DNA of 64,000 bases from Minisyncoccota bacterium (GTDB taxonomy: Bacteria > Patescibacteriota > Minisyncoccia > UBA6257 > GWB1-50-10). The number at the start of each line of letters is the position of its first letter. The first letter of the stretch is position 1. The position numbers and the translations under genes are program-made. The stretch is from NCBI GenBank assembly GCA_041917695.1, contig JAYRXE010000037.1:306582-370581 (forward strand), in the 5' to 3' direction. The notes beneath the pieces are model-generated. The model had not been told where the DNA came from. It was given only the letters and a program-made list of their open reading frames with translations, and made no database searches. Below, one piece after another: positions 46,063 to 54,613 of the stretch.

Positions 46063-46080
46063 AACTATACGTTGAACACT

Positions 46081-46434
46081 ATGGGAAAACTGAACGACGA
46101 TACCTATTATTTTTGCGGGATGGGAAAGCCTACCGCCACGCTCGCAAAAATACGGCGCTATTGCCACCCGCAGGGATGCATGCATTTGCAGACGCGCGGA
46201 AGGAAGAAGGGCTTACGAAAAGCGCTCCAAAAACAGGAAGAGAGCCGGGCGCAAGCTGAGGCCGAGGAACGGAATACGCTTATCCAGCTTATTCTGGACA
46301 AGCGATTTCCGTATATGGCCGATGCAAGCGGAGAAGAAAGGCGCGAGGTGCGCAAGAAACGCCAGCGTTATGCCACAGACGAGAGTTTGGGGGAATTGTC
46401 GATTCAAGAATTGAAGATTATGGCTACACCGTAG
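46081..46434 (+). CDS. hypothetical basic protein (cassette 2; ORF-track start 46072 is a TTG)
   Basis: MGKLNDDTYYFCGMGKP..; own terminator 46447-46475. Confidence 0.4.
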   Translation: MGKLNDDTYYFCGMGKPTATLAKIRRYCHPQGCMHLQTRGRKKGLRKALQKQEESRAQAEAEERNTLIQLILDKRFPYMADASGEERREVRKKRQRYATDESLGELSIQELKIMATP

Positions 46435-46476
46435 CATCAAAAACCAAAACGGCCCCTCGGAGCCGTTTTTTATTTG

Positions 46477-46482
46477 TATAAT
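46477..46482 (+). promoter_or_regulatory. -10 box TATAAT (leaderless start of DUF1428 gene)
   Basis: TGTATAAT then ATG 46489 six nt downstream; directly after upstream terminator. Confidence 0.35.
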
Positions 46483-46488
46483 GTCTTC

Positions 46489-46869
46489 ATGGCTAAAAAA
46501 ATAAGCGGGAATTATGTTGACGGGTTCGTGTTGGTTGTTCAGAAATCAAAACTTGCCGCCTATCGGAAAATGGCGACCATGGGGCGTGATCTGTGGATGA
46601 AATACGGCGCGCTTGATTACAAAGAATGCGTGGGCGACGATATGAACATCAAGGGCGTTGTCGCGTTTCCAAAAGCGGTAAAGGCCAAACCCGGTGAAAT
46701 CGTCGTCTTTTCATATATCGTCTTCAAGTCGCGTGCGCACCGCGATGCGGTAAACAAAAAGGTAATGAAGGACCCGACGATGAACGATCCGAAGTATGCG
46801 AATATGTCCATGCCCTTCGATATGAAGCGCATGTGCTACGGCGGCTTCAAGGTTATCGTAAGCGGCTAG
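46489..46869 (+). CDS. DUF1428 family protein (cassette 3)
   Basis: YVDGFVLVVQKSKLAAYRKMA..GALDYKECVGDD..FPKAV matches DUF1428 N-terminal pattern. Confidence 0.6.
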   Translation: MAKKISGNYVDGFVLVVQKSKLAAYRKMATMGRDLWMKYGALDYKECVGDDMNIKGVVAFPKAVKAKPGEIVVFSYIVFKSRAHRDAVNKKVMKDPTMNDPKYANMSMPFDMKRMCYGGFKVIVSG

Positions 46870-47072
46870 AAGGCATTTAAGTGCGTCAAAAATCCCCCGT
46901 AATGGGGGATTTTTGCCTCGTATTCGGGTGTCCGCTATATCGTATGGCTATACACCTTGATCGGAGGAGAAGCCTCCCAGCTTCTTACCTATATGACGGC
47001 AAACGGTAAAAAATATGACACGGGGTTATATTGACTACTACAATTATTTATGCCATAAAGTACATAGAAAAT

Positions 47073-47084
47073 TTAATAACTAAA
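47073..47084 (+). promoter_or_regulatory. recurrent leader motif TTAATAACTAAA (followed by ACGAGGTAGAA)
   Basis: 13 nt upstream of ATG 47098. Confidence 0.35.
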
Positions 47085-47097
47085 CGAGGTAGAAACA

Positions 47098-47310
47098 ATG
47101 AGAGTATGGAAAATCTTACGGTGGCCCACGGTAATTGTCGGGACACTGCTTTTTTTCAACTTCTTCTTCATGCTCGGCTCGTGGGAAATTGCCATTGAAT
47201 TATCCAAAGCCATTCCCGGCTTTAAGGGAATGTTGGTGTGTTCTTTTTTTCTTGGATTTTTAATGTGTGTTTTCGGGTGCGTGTACTGGAAAGGGAAGGA
47301 AGTTTACTAA
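47098..47310 (+). CDS. small membrane protein, 70 aa (cassette 4)
   Basis: two TM helices; SD gaggt; own terminator aaaaggagcaattgctccttttt. Confidence 0.45.
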   Translation: MRVWKILRWPTVIVGTLLFFNFFFMLGSWEIAIELSKAIPGFKGMLVCSFFLGFLMCVFGCVYWKGKEVY

Positions 47311-47418
47311 AGTTTTTTCGGCATAACAAAAGGAGCAATTGCTCCTTTTTCTTTTTGACACCTCATTGTGGCTTGTGGCACTATTTCGAACAGATAATTT
47401 AAAAAGAAAGGGGGACGC

Positions 47419-48438
47419 ATGTCTCAAAACACAATTGCCATCACCAGGGGAAAACAGATTTCGAATCGGGTAACACAAATCATTAACGAACTGGAAAATT
47501 CGGCAAATAAGGCTAAGGCCAACTGGGAAACGGAGCGAAGGGCGTTGCTTCAGAAGCTCCTTAACCCTACTCGTGAACTCAAAGACCTTCTAGCCAACTC
47601 TGAAAAGGAACTTGAGCCTATTTTCACGAGACCGGATGTCAAAAGAGAACTCTTTAAATTCTTTTACGGCGCCAGAGGGGGATATCAGGAACCCACAGAA
47701 CGCATCGGTAAATTTTTTATCTTGCCGCTTTTCAAGCTTGAAGAGAAATTACCGGAAGACGAGTCACCGAAAATCGAACTCGTACTTGCCTGGAATGTTT
47801 GCACGGCAACTGTTTGTTATAAGGTGCGCTTCAACATAGCCGACGGTTCGGGAACCGGGTTCCAGTTGAGGAATACTTTTTTGAGCCAAACTGAAATTTC
47901 CAGGCTTACATCAGAGATACTGAACTCTTCCCGCCTAAGCGATGCGGAGCAGAAGGATTTGGAAGATGAGTACGTGACGCCGTATATTCATTTTCTCGAT
48001 AAACTTAAAAGCTCTGATGTCCTGACCGATAAACTTCTTGATTTTCTGATTTTCCGCTATGCCCACGTCCACACCCAGGCTGAAGTGCAGAGCCTCGATT
48101 ACTCCAAACGTGTTTTACCCAAGGAGACTCTTACTGGCGAGGCCACTGGAATCCCTCATGTGGTTATCGGGGATACGACATACGAAGAGCAGAATTTTAA
48201 GGCGCTTATGGAGCATCTTTTTAATGAAGGCTACTCCGATGCGGTAAAAATACGCATTGCGACCAGGTCCTATTATGAGGACTACGATGAAGGCGAAGGA
48301 GAAAAGCCGTGGGAACCGCGCTGGCGGACAAAGCCCGTGAAATTCCTCAGGGAACACTTTGCTGAATGGTACGATGAAGGAAAAAACGCCCTGTCGGACG
48401 AACCGAAGAACTACGAAGAGTACGCGTATAATATCTGA
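47419..48438 (+). CDS. hypothetical protein, 339 aa (cassette 5)
   Basis: SD aagggggac; own terminator 48451-48478; no recognisable domain. Confidence 0.5.
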   Translation: MSQNTIAITRGKQISNRVTQIINELENSANKAKANWETERRALLQKLLNPTRELKDLLANSEKELEPIFTRPDVKRELFKFFYGARGGYQEPTERIGKFFILPLFKLEEKLPEDESPKIELVLAWNVCTATVCYKVRFNIADGSGTGFQLRNTFLSQTEISRLTSEILNSSRLSDAEQKDLEDEYVTPYIHFLDKLKSSDVLTDKLLDFLIFRYAHVHTQAEVQSLDYSKRVLPKETLTGEATGIPHVVIGDTTYEEQNFKALMEHLFNEGYSDAVKIRIATRSYYEDYDEGEGEKPWEPRWRTKPVKFLREHFAEWYDEGKNALSDEPKNYEEYAYNI

Positions 48439-48523
48439 CGCAGATTCACAAAAGCCGCTTAACCGCGGCTTTTTATTTCTTGACAAGGAAAGTGCTTTTG
48501 TATTAATTTATGGCTAGTTAAAT

Positions 48524-48535
48524 TAATAATCTTAG
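48524..48535 (+). promoter_or_regulatory. recurrent leader motif TTAATAATCTTA
   Basis: 12 nt upstream of ATG 48548. Confidence 0.3.
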
Positions 48536-48547
48536 AAAGGATTCTCT

Positions 48548-49162
48548 ATGAGGGAGTTCGTATCGGCTGCGGGAGGAATCCTCTGCGTAGCAGCGCTTTT
48601 ACCGTACATTGTCGCTATTATCCGGAAGAAGGTGAAGCCGCCGAAGGCTACCTGGACCGTGTGGGCATCGCTTGATGTTCTTACGACCATCGGAATGTAT
48701 TTGGCAGGTACGTTAAATCCGCAAATGGTGGGCGCCGCTCTCTGCGCGCTCGTTATCATGATTCTTTCCTTTAAGTACGGGAAACCTGGATGGAAAAGAC
48801 TCGATAAATATTGCTTGGGTGGCGCAGGCCTTGGCCTCGTCGTGCTTATTTTTAAGTTCAATGATCCGACGTGGAGTATTGTGATTTCACAATCAGTCGC
48901 GCTTATTGGATCATTTCCGATACTTGAATCAGCCTGGCACGGGGAAGAGCACAAGCTCACGTGGAGCATATTCATTCTTTCCTGCATTCTGACCTTGGCG
49001 TCGCTTCCGGTCTATACGCTTGCGAGCCTGGTTCAGCCGGTGAATTTCACCCTGCTTGGCGGACTCATACTCGGATTCCTCTTTCTGAAGAAACATCCGA
49101 AGCCTCAGACAGAGCCGCTCTATCTGCGAAAGGAAGAATCGAAACGCAAAAGTATTTTCTAG
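48548..49162 (+). CDS. multi-pass membrane protein, 204 aa (cassette 6)
   Basis: 6 predicted TM helices; own terminator 49258-49283. Confidence 0.5.
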   Translation: MREFVSAAGGILCVAALLPYIVAIIRKKVKPPKATWTVWASLDVLTTIGMYLAGTLNPQMVGAALCALVIMILSFKYGKPGWKRLDKYCLGGAGLGLVVLIFKFNDPTWSIVISQSVALIGSFPILESAWHGEEHKLTWSIFILSCILTLASLPVYTLASLVQPVNFTLLGGLILGFLFLKKHPKPQTEPLYLRKEESKRKSIF

Positions 49163-49354
49163 CAGGGAAAGCCGTATCCCACCGCAACATCAATACGGCG
49201 CTCGGTATTCCTATCTATTGGTACAGAGAAAAATATCGGGCCGACTGCAAAACACAAAAGCCGCATTGAGCGGCTTTTTATTTTGACAGGTGAAAGGGGA
49301 TTGTGTCAGTATTCTGCCAGATATTCAAAACTTAATACTAGAAAGAAAGGGTAT

Positions 49355-50059
49355 ATGGAAAGATTGTGGTTTACCATCAAGAATTTTACGCTCCAGCGCA
49401 TTATCCCAGACGGGAAAAATGCATACCACTTAGATATGCAATTAGGCGACGAATGCATCGTCCGCAATATTCACATTGAGACGGAAGGCAGTCAGAGCAT
49501 CACGAAGATCACCACGCAGAACTGGTCTGGCGCTAACGCCCGCTTTATCGATGTTCCTCTCCTTCACGCAGATGAAGAGCAGGGAAGTTACCGCATATTC
49601 CAGGAGGAGATTCAGAGAGCTTTTCATGACCAGTGGGACCTATTGCGCGAAACTTTGAATAAAGGCTTCGCATATCTTGGCCCCATCGTCCCGACCGCCT
49701 GGGAAGGGAAGGCATTATCCGTGCCAATCGATTTCATTGCGCTCAGGAATTTCAGGCCCCTCGCTCAAGGAAAGGCGCCGATGATCTCTATGGACGTTCA
49801 GCTCGGGCATCATCTCATTTTCTGGCAGCTCCCGGTTATAGAGGAAAACGGCTCGCTCCGAATCGCTCCGCGTATTCCGCCGGTAATTCTGAACAAGGAG
49901 ATTCTGGGAATCATTGAAGGACTACTCCTTGCAAAAAATGAGGCGATAGAAATTTTCAGAGATGTATGTGATGCGCAGAGGCTATCCGAGGGGGCAATAG
50001 GGGATGGTATTCCCGGGTATAATCCCGAAAAGATACCTCCGCCGATTGAGTTCAGATGA
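49355..50059 (+). CDS. hypothetical protein, 234 aa (cassette 7)
   Basis: Start MERLWFTIKNF after SD aaagggt; own terminator 50064-50092. Confidence 0.45.
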   Translation: MERLWFTIKNFTLQRIIPDGKNAYHLDMQLGDECIVRNIHIETEGSQSITKITTQNWSGANARFIDVPLLHADEEQGSYRIFQEEIQRAFHDQWDLLRETLNKGFAYLGPIVPTAWEGKALSVPIDFIALRNFRPLAQGKAPMISMDVQLGHHLIFWQLPVIEENGSLRIAPRIPPVILNKEILGIIEGLLLAKNEAIEIFRDVCDAQRLSEGAIGDGIPGYNPEKIPPPIEFR

Positions 50060-50224
50060 TACTAAAAGCCGCGTTAAGGCGGCTTTTTATTCGGACCCGG
50101 CATAGGAATCAACTCGATCGTTAATTATATGCCGGGTTATCTAGGCAGACTGCCGAAATAAAAGAAAGGTTCCCTTGACAGATTAATCAATCTAAGGTAT
50201 ATTAATCCTAGTTTAATTTACTGT

Positions 50225-50236
50225 TTAATAATTGAA
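50225..50236 (+). promoter_or_regulatory. recurrent leader motif TTAATAATTGAA
   Basis: 13 nt upstream of GTG 50250, followed by SD aaaggag. Confidence 0.3.
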
Positions 50237-50249
50237 AAAGGAGTAAAAA

Positions 50250-50768
50250 GTGCCTACTAAAATTGATTTATCCAAGATGTATTTGGCCATTGCTGAGGCT
50301 GGCATTCAATTTTTTAATGCTATTAAGTCTCTTGATCAGGATGTACGCCCGGATGACCGCGAGAGGACAGGCGTCCAGATTTTTCTACGCGAACCTGGAA
50401 CAAGGAACTTTGTTTTGGTCCCGGTGTGCAAACCATCGGATGCAGCCACATTTTTCGCTATTGAAAAAGCGGTAAGATCTTCCACGTTGGGAGATTATGC
50501 TTCTGAAAATTCGCAAAATGAAGAAGAGTTCAAGTTTTCGGGATGCGTGATGATCGAAACCAAATCCGGCCAAAAAATACAGGCTTCCATGTCCGGCCTA
50601 AAACCCTTCGAAGACGTTGGCGGGAGCATGTATGTGCTATGCCGTGTTCTCAATTCACCTTTGGGAGAGGTGTGGGGAAGCATACGTCAAAAAGGCGGAC
50701 GACTTCCTACTGCCGTCTCGAATCCGAATCATTATCTCTGCAAAATTTTAAAAGACCTACTTAGATAG
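50250..50768 (+). CDS. hypothetical protein, 172 aa, GTG start (cassette 8)
   Basis: SD aaaggag 7 nt before GTG; own terminator 50775-50800. Confidence 0.45.
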   Translation: MPTKIDLSKMYLAIAEAGIQFFNAIKSLDQDVRPDDRERTGVQIFLREPGTRNFVLVPVCKPSDAATFFAIEKAVRSSTLGDYASENSQNEEEFKFSGCVMIETKSGQKIQASMSGLKPFEDVGGSMYVLCRVLNSPLGEVWGSIRQKGGRLPTAVSNPNHYLCKILKDLLR

Positions 50769-50843
50769 TTTCAAAGCCCCATTTGGGGCTTTTTATTTGA
50801 CTTAAATCTGGAATTCCCGCATAACATAAGCAGTAATTATTAA

Positions 50844-50857
50844 TTAATAATCTAAAA
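50844..50857 (+). promoter_or_regulatory. recurrent leader motif TTAATAATCTAAAA (followed by ACGAGGTAGAA)
   Basis: 12 nt upstream of GTG 50870; near-identical to leader at 47073-47097. Confidence 0.35.
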
Positions 50858-50869
50858 ACGAGGTAGAAC

Positions 50870-51775
50870 GTGGATAAATTCGGCCGTTTGAATCCCCATA
50901 CGATAGGGGAGGTGATGCGGAGCTGTGTTCGCAGAGCGATCCAGGAAATCAGAAAACAGCGGTTTTTCTTCGAGGCGAAGGCAAAGGATTCTTTTTACAA
51001 GAAGGGGACCGACTTAGTAACTTCAGCGGATTTTGAGAGCCAGAAGATTTACCTGAAAATCCTGAAGGAAAACTTCCCGTATGCGGGAATAGTGGCGGAG
51101 GAGGATTTCGCCTGTGCATGCAACGACCCTGACGATACGCCCTATTACTATTTCACCGTAGATCCGCTTGACGGGACAAAAGCTTTCGGACGAAGGCAGT
51201 CGCATGCCATTTCCACCATGATTGCGTTTGTCTGGGACGACGTCGTCGAAGGCGTCACCATCGGTGATGTCATGACCGAGGAAATGTACCACACCCGCCC
51301 GGGTTCGAATAAGGTGCATCGCATCAGCGATTTTGAAACCGCTGAAGAGCTGAAAATCGATACGGAAACGCCCCTTACGGAGCAATACCTGCTTTTTAGG
51401 GATGACGTGCGGAGCTATTCACCCATCGCACGAAGATTCTTTGATCCGCGCGAAAACAAATTGAGCAACCTTTTCCGCGGAACGCAGAGCATCGGCGGGA
51501 GCATTGGATTCACCTTCAGCTGCCTTTGGAAGGGCGAAGTCGGCGGACTCGTGCTTGAACCGTGCCATCACACTCCCTGGGATTTGAGCCCGCTCGTTGG
51601 AATCACTAAAAAATTGGGGTTCCAGGCATATACGTATAATGAAAGGGGAGTAGTGGAACCGTATGAATTCAGAATCAGTACGGATACGTATGAGATGAAG
51701 GAAGAGGTGATTATCATCCACAAAAGCCATGAAAACGCATTGAAGCAATGGATTAGAATTCAAAACTGCCTGTAA
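50870..51775 (+). CDS. inositol-monophosphatase/FBPase/CysQ-superfamily phosphatase, GTG start (cassette 9)
   Basis: metal-binding motifs EED..DPLDGTKAF and WD-containing C-terminal motif (HTPWDLSPLVGI). Confidence 0.6.
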   Translation: MDKFGRLNPHTIGEVMRSCVRRAIQEIRKQRFFFEAKAKDSFYKKGTDLVTSADFESQKIYLKILKENFPYAGIVAEEDFACACNDPDDTPYYYFTVDPLDGTKAFGRRQSHAISTMIAFVWDDVVEGVTIGDVMTEEMYHTRPGSNKVHRISDFETAEELKIDTETPLTEQYLLFRDDVRSYSPIARRFFDPRENKLSNLFRGTQSIGGSIGFTFSCLWKGEVGGLVLEPCHHTPWDLSPLVGITKKLGFQAYTYNERGVVEPYEFRISTDTYEMKEEVIIIHKSHENALKQWIRIQNCL

Positions 51776-51850
51776 TGGGCAGTTTTTTATTCGGTTGACT
51801 CGTTCTACGTGCGGAGTATTGTTTTGGTGTTCCTAAGGCAGGAACGCATA

Positions 51851-51862
51851 TTAATAACTTAA
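51851..51862 (+). promoter_or_regulatory. recurrent leader motif TTAATAACTTAA
   Basis: 18 nt upstream of ATG 51881. Confidence 0.35.
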
Positions 51863-51880
51863 TTGAAAGGAAGGACTGTC

Positions 51881-52597
51881 ATGTCTGAAAAAGACGACAC
51901 TCTGGCAACGCTCTCAGTAACACGGGGACCGCTGCAGCAATTGAAATCAAATCTTTCAGGCAAAAAAGGGCTCGAATGGCTCACCGCACTCAACAAATTC
52001 CTTCGCAAGGAGGAACCGTGGAAGGACGGAACCGTAGTCAATTTTCTGAATTTCCAAAAGAAAGGGGACTGGCGGTACGAAACATGGCGCAGGCTCAGTA
52101 ACGAGCTGAGGCTCTTTTCCACTCTCAAAGAAACGATCTACTGGATAGGCATCGTTGACTTGAAGGATGTCGGCAAAGACCCAATGAAAGGCATACCGAT
52201 ATCGTTTGCTGTACGGCATTCTCAAAAACCGATGCGGGATTATTACTGCGAAAGAGAGGTGGACGGAGCCGAAGTCGCAGGTTCGTATCCGGCGTACCTG
52301 TATAATCTTTCGGAGATTCACCCCTATCTTTTGGAGACGAAAAAGGAGACGAAGCGCTTCTTTAAGAAATACCGCTACGTGCATCTTTTTTTGGAGGAAA
52401 AGGTAGATAATCACGGAGCGCATAGCGTTGCGCTTCTGTATTATCCCAAGGACGAGCCAATTTTCGGCTACCCGAGCAAGGTCCCGTGGACAAAGGACGA
52501 GACGCGTCGGTGGGTCGGATATGCCGAACAGGTGATAAATGATAAGTGCGAAAGGATTTATATTCTTACCCATTCCTGGTACCAATGGATGAAATAA
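51881..52597 (+). CDS. hypothetical protein, 238 aa (cassette 10)
   Basis: SD gaaaggaagga; own terminator 52602-52630. Confidence 0.45.
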   Translation: MSEKDDTLATLSVTRGPLQQLKSNLSGKKGLEWLTALNKFLRKEEPWKDGTVVNFLNFQKKGDWRYETWRRLSNELRLFSTLKETIYWIGIVDLKDVGKDPMKGIPISFAVRHSQKPMRDYYCEREVDGAEVAGSYPAYLYNLSEIHPYLLETKKETKRFFKKYRYVHLFLEEKVDNHGAHSVALLYYPKDEPIFGYPSKVPWTKDETRRWVGYAEQVINDKCERIYILTHSWYQWMK

Positions 52598-52711
52598 CGC
52601 TATTTAGCCCCGCAAGGGGCTTTTTCTTTGCTCTCATCCCCGGAAAAAGCCTTTGAAAACTGAATATGGGCCAATTGATCTCTCCAAAATAGAGCTTGAT
52701 TTAAACTAATA

Positions 52712-53014
52712 TTGGTGTGGTACTATTTAATTGTGCCCAAAAAAAGGAAGTTCGAAAACGAATGGTACTTATATAGCAATGCTGCTATTACTGGAATTTT
52801 AGTTTTTTGGTCTCTCACGGTGTGGACAGGTACTCCGCAAGCTATCGGAGTAGCATTCTCAACAATTGCAGGGGGGATTTTGCTAGCAAGCAATAATTGG
52901 AAAGCAATTGAACCCGAAATTCATCGAGGAATTGTAGTTTGTGCGGTTCTTGCCTTCCTAGGATGTTTGGCTATATACTCACATTTCCATCCACCTAATA
53001 AGGTAAAATCTTAA
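52712..53014 (+). CDS. hypothetical membrane protein, TTG start, AT-rich islet
   Basis: 100 aa, three hydrophobic segments, about 38% GC. Confidence 0.35.
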   Translation: MVWYYLIVPKKRKFENEWYLYSNAAITGILVFWSLTVWTGTPQAIGVAFSTIAGGILLASNNWKAIEPEIHRGIVVCAVLAFLGCLAIYSHFHPPNKVKS

Positions 53015-53017
53015 TTT

Positions 53018-53734
53018 ATGAATTCGTTTTGGAAAGCCTCACAATACTTTTTTGCAGCATTAATCTTTGTTGTCACGGCGGTTTACTTATCTAATTGGGT
53101 TACTAGCCGCAATACACCGAATTCTGAGCCGAAACCAGGAGAAAGAACAGAAGTGGTATGCTCTGCAGATTTTTTATCGTATAAAACTCTCTCTGAAAGA
53201 GAGGGACATGTAGTTACATTAATTGATTCTCGAAAAAATATGTTTGCTGAAAGCGGAGAATTTGTGAATTCACAAATCGTTATAACAAAAAACGAAACAG
53301 AAGAATCTAAAGTTGCTTGCGGATATCTTTTTGTAAAATCTGGAACAACCAGTTACGGCCCCTTACGTACATGGGAAAATTTATATATAAATCCTAACGA
53401 ATTTGGTGGACATATTAATTCGGAAAATCAGTTTGGTCCTGGTGACTCTAGAAACTATTCTGAATATGTTTTTGCTTTAAATTCTATGGAATACTGGAGA
53501 AATCGTTCCGAGCGTATTAAAGGTAACTTACTTAAAGCAGATTGGGCAGCTTTGCTAAATGTTCAGAATACAGTCTCTTTTGATATTGCTTTAAACACTG
53601 AAGATAAAACGGGATTTATAGATCAACTTGCAATTGCGTATAAATGTTGGAATCCAAAAACAGGGGAAGAAAATGATGGTTGTAAGATTAACATTCAAAG
53701 CAAAGAAGATACGCAGAAGTCTGAGTTAAATTAA
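53018..53734 (+). CDS. hypothetical secreted protein, AT-rich islet
   Basis: 238 aa, N-terminal TM/signal, Asn/Ser/Glu-rich, about 38% GC; starts 3 nt after previous ORF. Confidence 0.4.
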   Translation: MNSFWKASQYFFAALIFVVTAVYLSNWVTSRNTPNSEPKPGERTEVVCSADFLSYKTLSEREGHVVTLIDSRKNMFAESGEFVNSQIVITKNETEESKVACGYLFVKSGTTSYGPLRTWENLYINPNEFGGHINSENQFGPGDSRNYSEYVFALNSMEYWRNRSERIKGNLLKADWAALLNVQNTVSFDIALNTEDKTGFIDQLAIAYKCWNPKTGEENDGCKINIQSKEDTQKSELN

Positions 53735-53858
53735 TCGAAATTTATTTTTGTTGGATCAAATGGCTTGCAGAAGGGGACGGGTAAAAATGCTAAACTTATA
53801 GCATAGAAATCAAAACGCCCGCTAGGAACGGACGTTTTGGATAAAGAGCTAAACGAAA

Positions 53859-54170
53859 CTAACGAGCGGGATTTCTTCTAAGACCCGAAGGGTACATCAC
53901 TTTAGCCATTCTTTCTTCAGGGGGGATAAGGCTATCTTTTGTGGCTTCTTTGATTGTTTGGAGCATTTTCCCCAAAGCCACTTCATTCATATCTTTCGCA
54001 TTCCCGCCTTGAAAGTAAGCCACTATAAGCTCTCTTTCGACAGAACTGATCATGTACCTAAAAGAATTGATTTTGCCTCCGACTACAGGCGCAAGTATTT
54101 TACGCCTATCTATAACGCTACGTAATTGACGAAAGCTGTGTATAAGTGTTCCTGAATGGGAAATCATCAA
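53859..54170 (-). CDS. hypothetical protein
   Basis: 103-aa ORF; no domain recognised. Confidence 0.35.
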   Translation of the reverse strand: MMISHSGTLIHSFRQLRSVIDRRKILAPVVGGKINSFRYMISSVERELIVAYFQGGNAKDMNEVALGKMLQTIKEATKDSLIPPEERMAKVMYPSGLRRNPAR

Positions 54171-54578
54171 AAGCCGCCAAACCTCAAATCAAATAATCGA
54201 GAATGTAGACAACGTTCGGAAGCTCATAGAAATGGGAATCATCACGAAAGAAGAAGTCCGGGCATATTTTCCCGGAACCAATACGAAGCTAGTCAGTAAA
54301 GAACCTAAAGCACAACAAAACCATCAAAACCCCTAGGGGAGAGCGGTTTCAGCCCTACCCCTCAGGAATTAGATATGTCGCACAATATATCTTTTGCGAC
54401 ACATATATCCCTGGAGACCACCCCTGGATAGATCGGCCCCGTAAAGCCTCCCGAAACCCCTCAAATTGCCCCTCTGCGGGCTTTTCTCTTCGGATTCGGT
54501 ACATTCTTCACTCCCCGATGAACCCCCAAATAGACGGAAATCTACCGCATGGTTTAAGATGCGTATGTTTCACGATAT

Positions 54579-54607
54579 TTGACAATATGTGTCAAGTATG
54601 GTATAAT
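54579..54607 (+). promoter_or_regulatory. consensus sigma-70 promoter TTGACA-17-TATAAT with overlapping palindrome TTGACAATATGTGTCAA
   Basis: perfect -35 (54579-54584) and -10 (54602-54607); ATG 54614 six nt downstream (leaderless). Confidence 0.6.
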
Positions 54608-54613
54608 GCAAAT

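Noticed and set aside
46072-46080. ORF-track start codon at 46072
   Set aside because: The codon is TTG. ATG at 46081 (MGKLNDD) is the more likely start, giving an 18-nt distance from the leader motif like the other cassettes.
54171-54613. RNase P RNA candidate (gaagtccgggca resembles the GGAAAGUCCGGGC P4 motif)
   Set aside because: The downstream conserved ACAGAAMCCGGCUUA element is absent, and the motif is simply the left arm of a local hairpin tccggg..cccgga. Recorded only as possible small-RNA territory.
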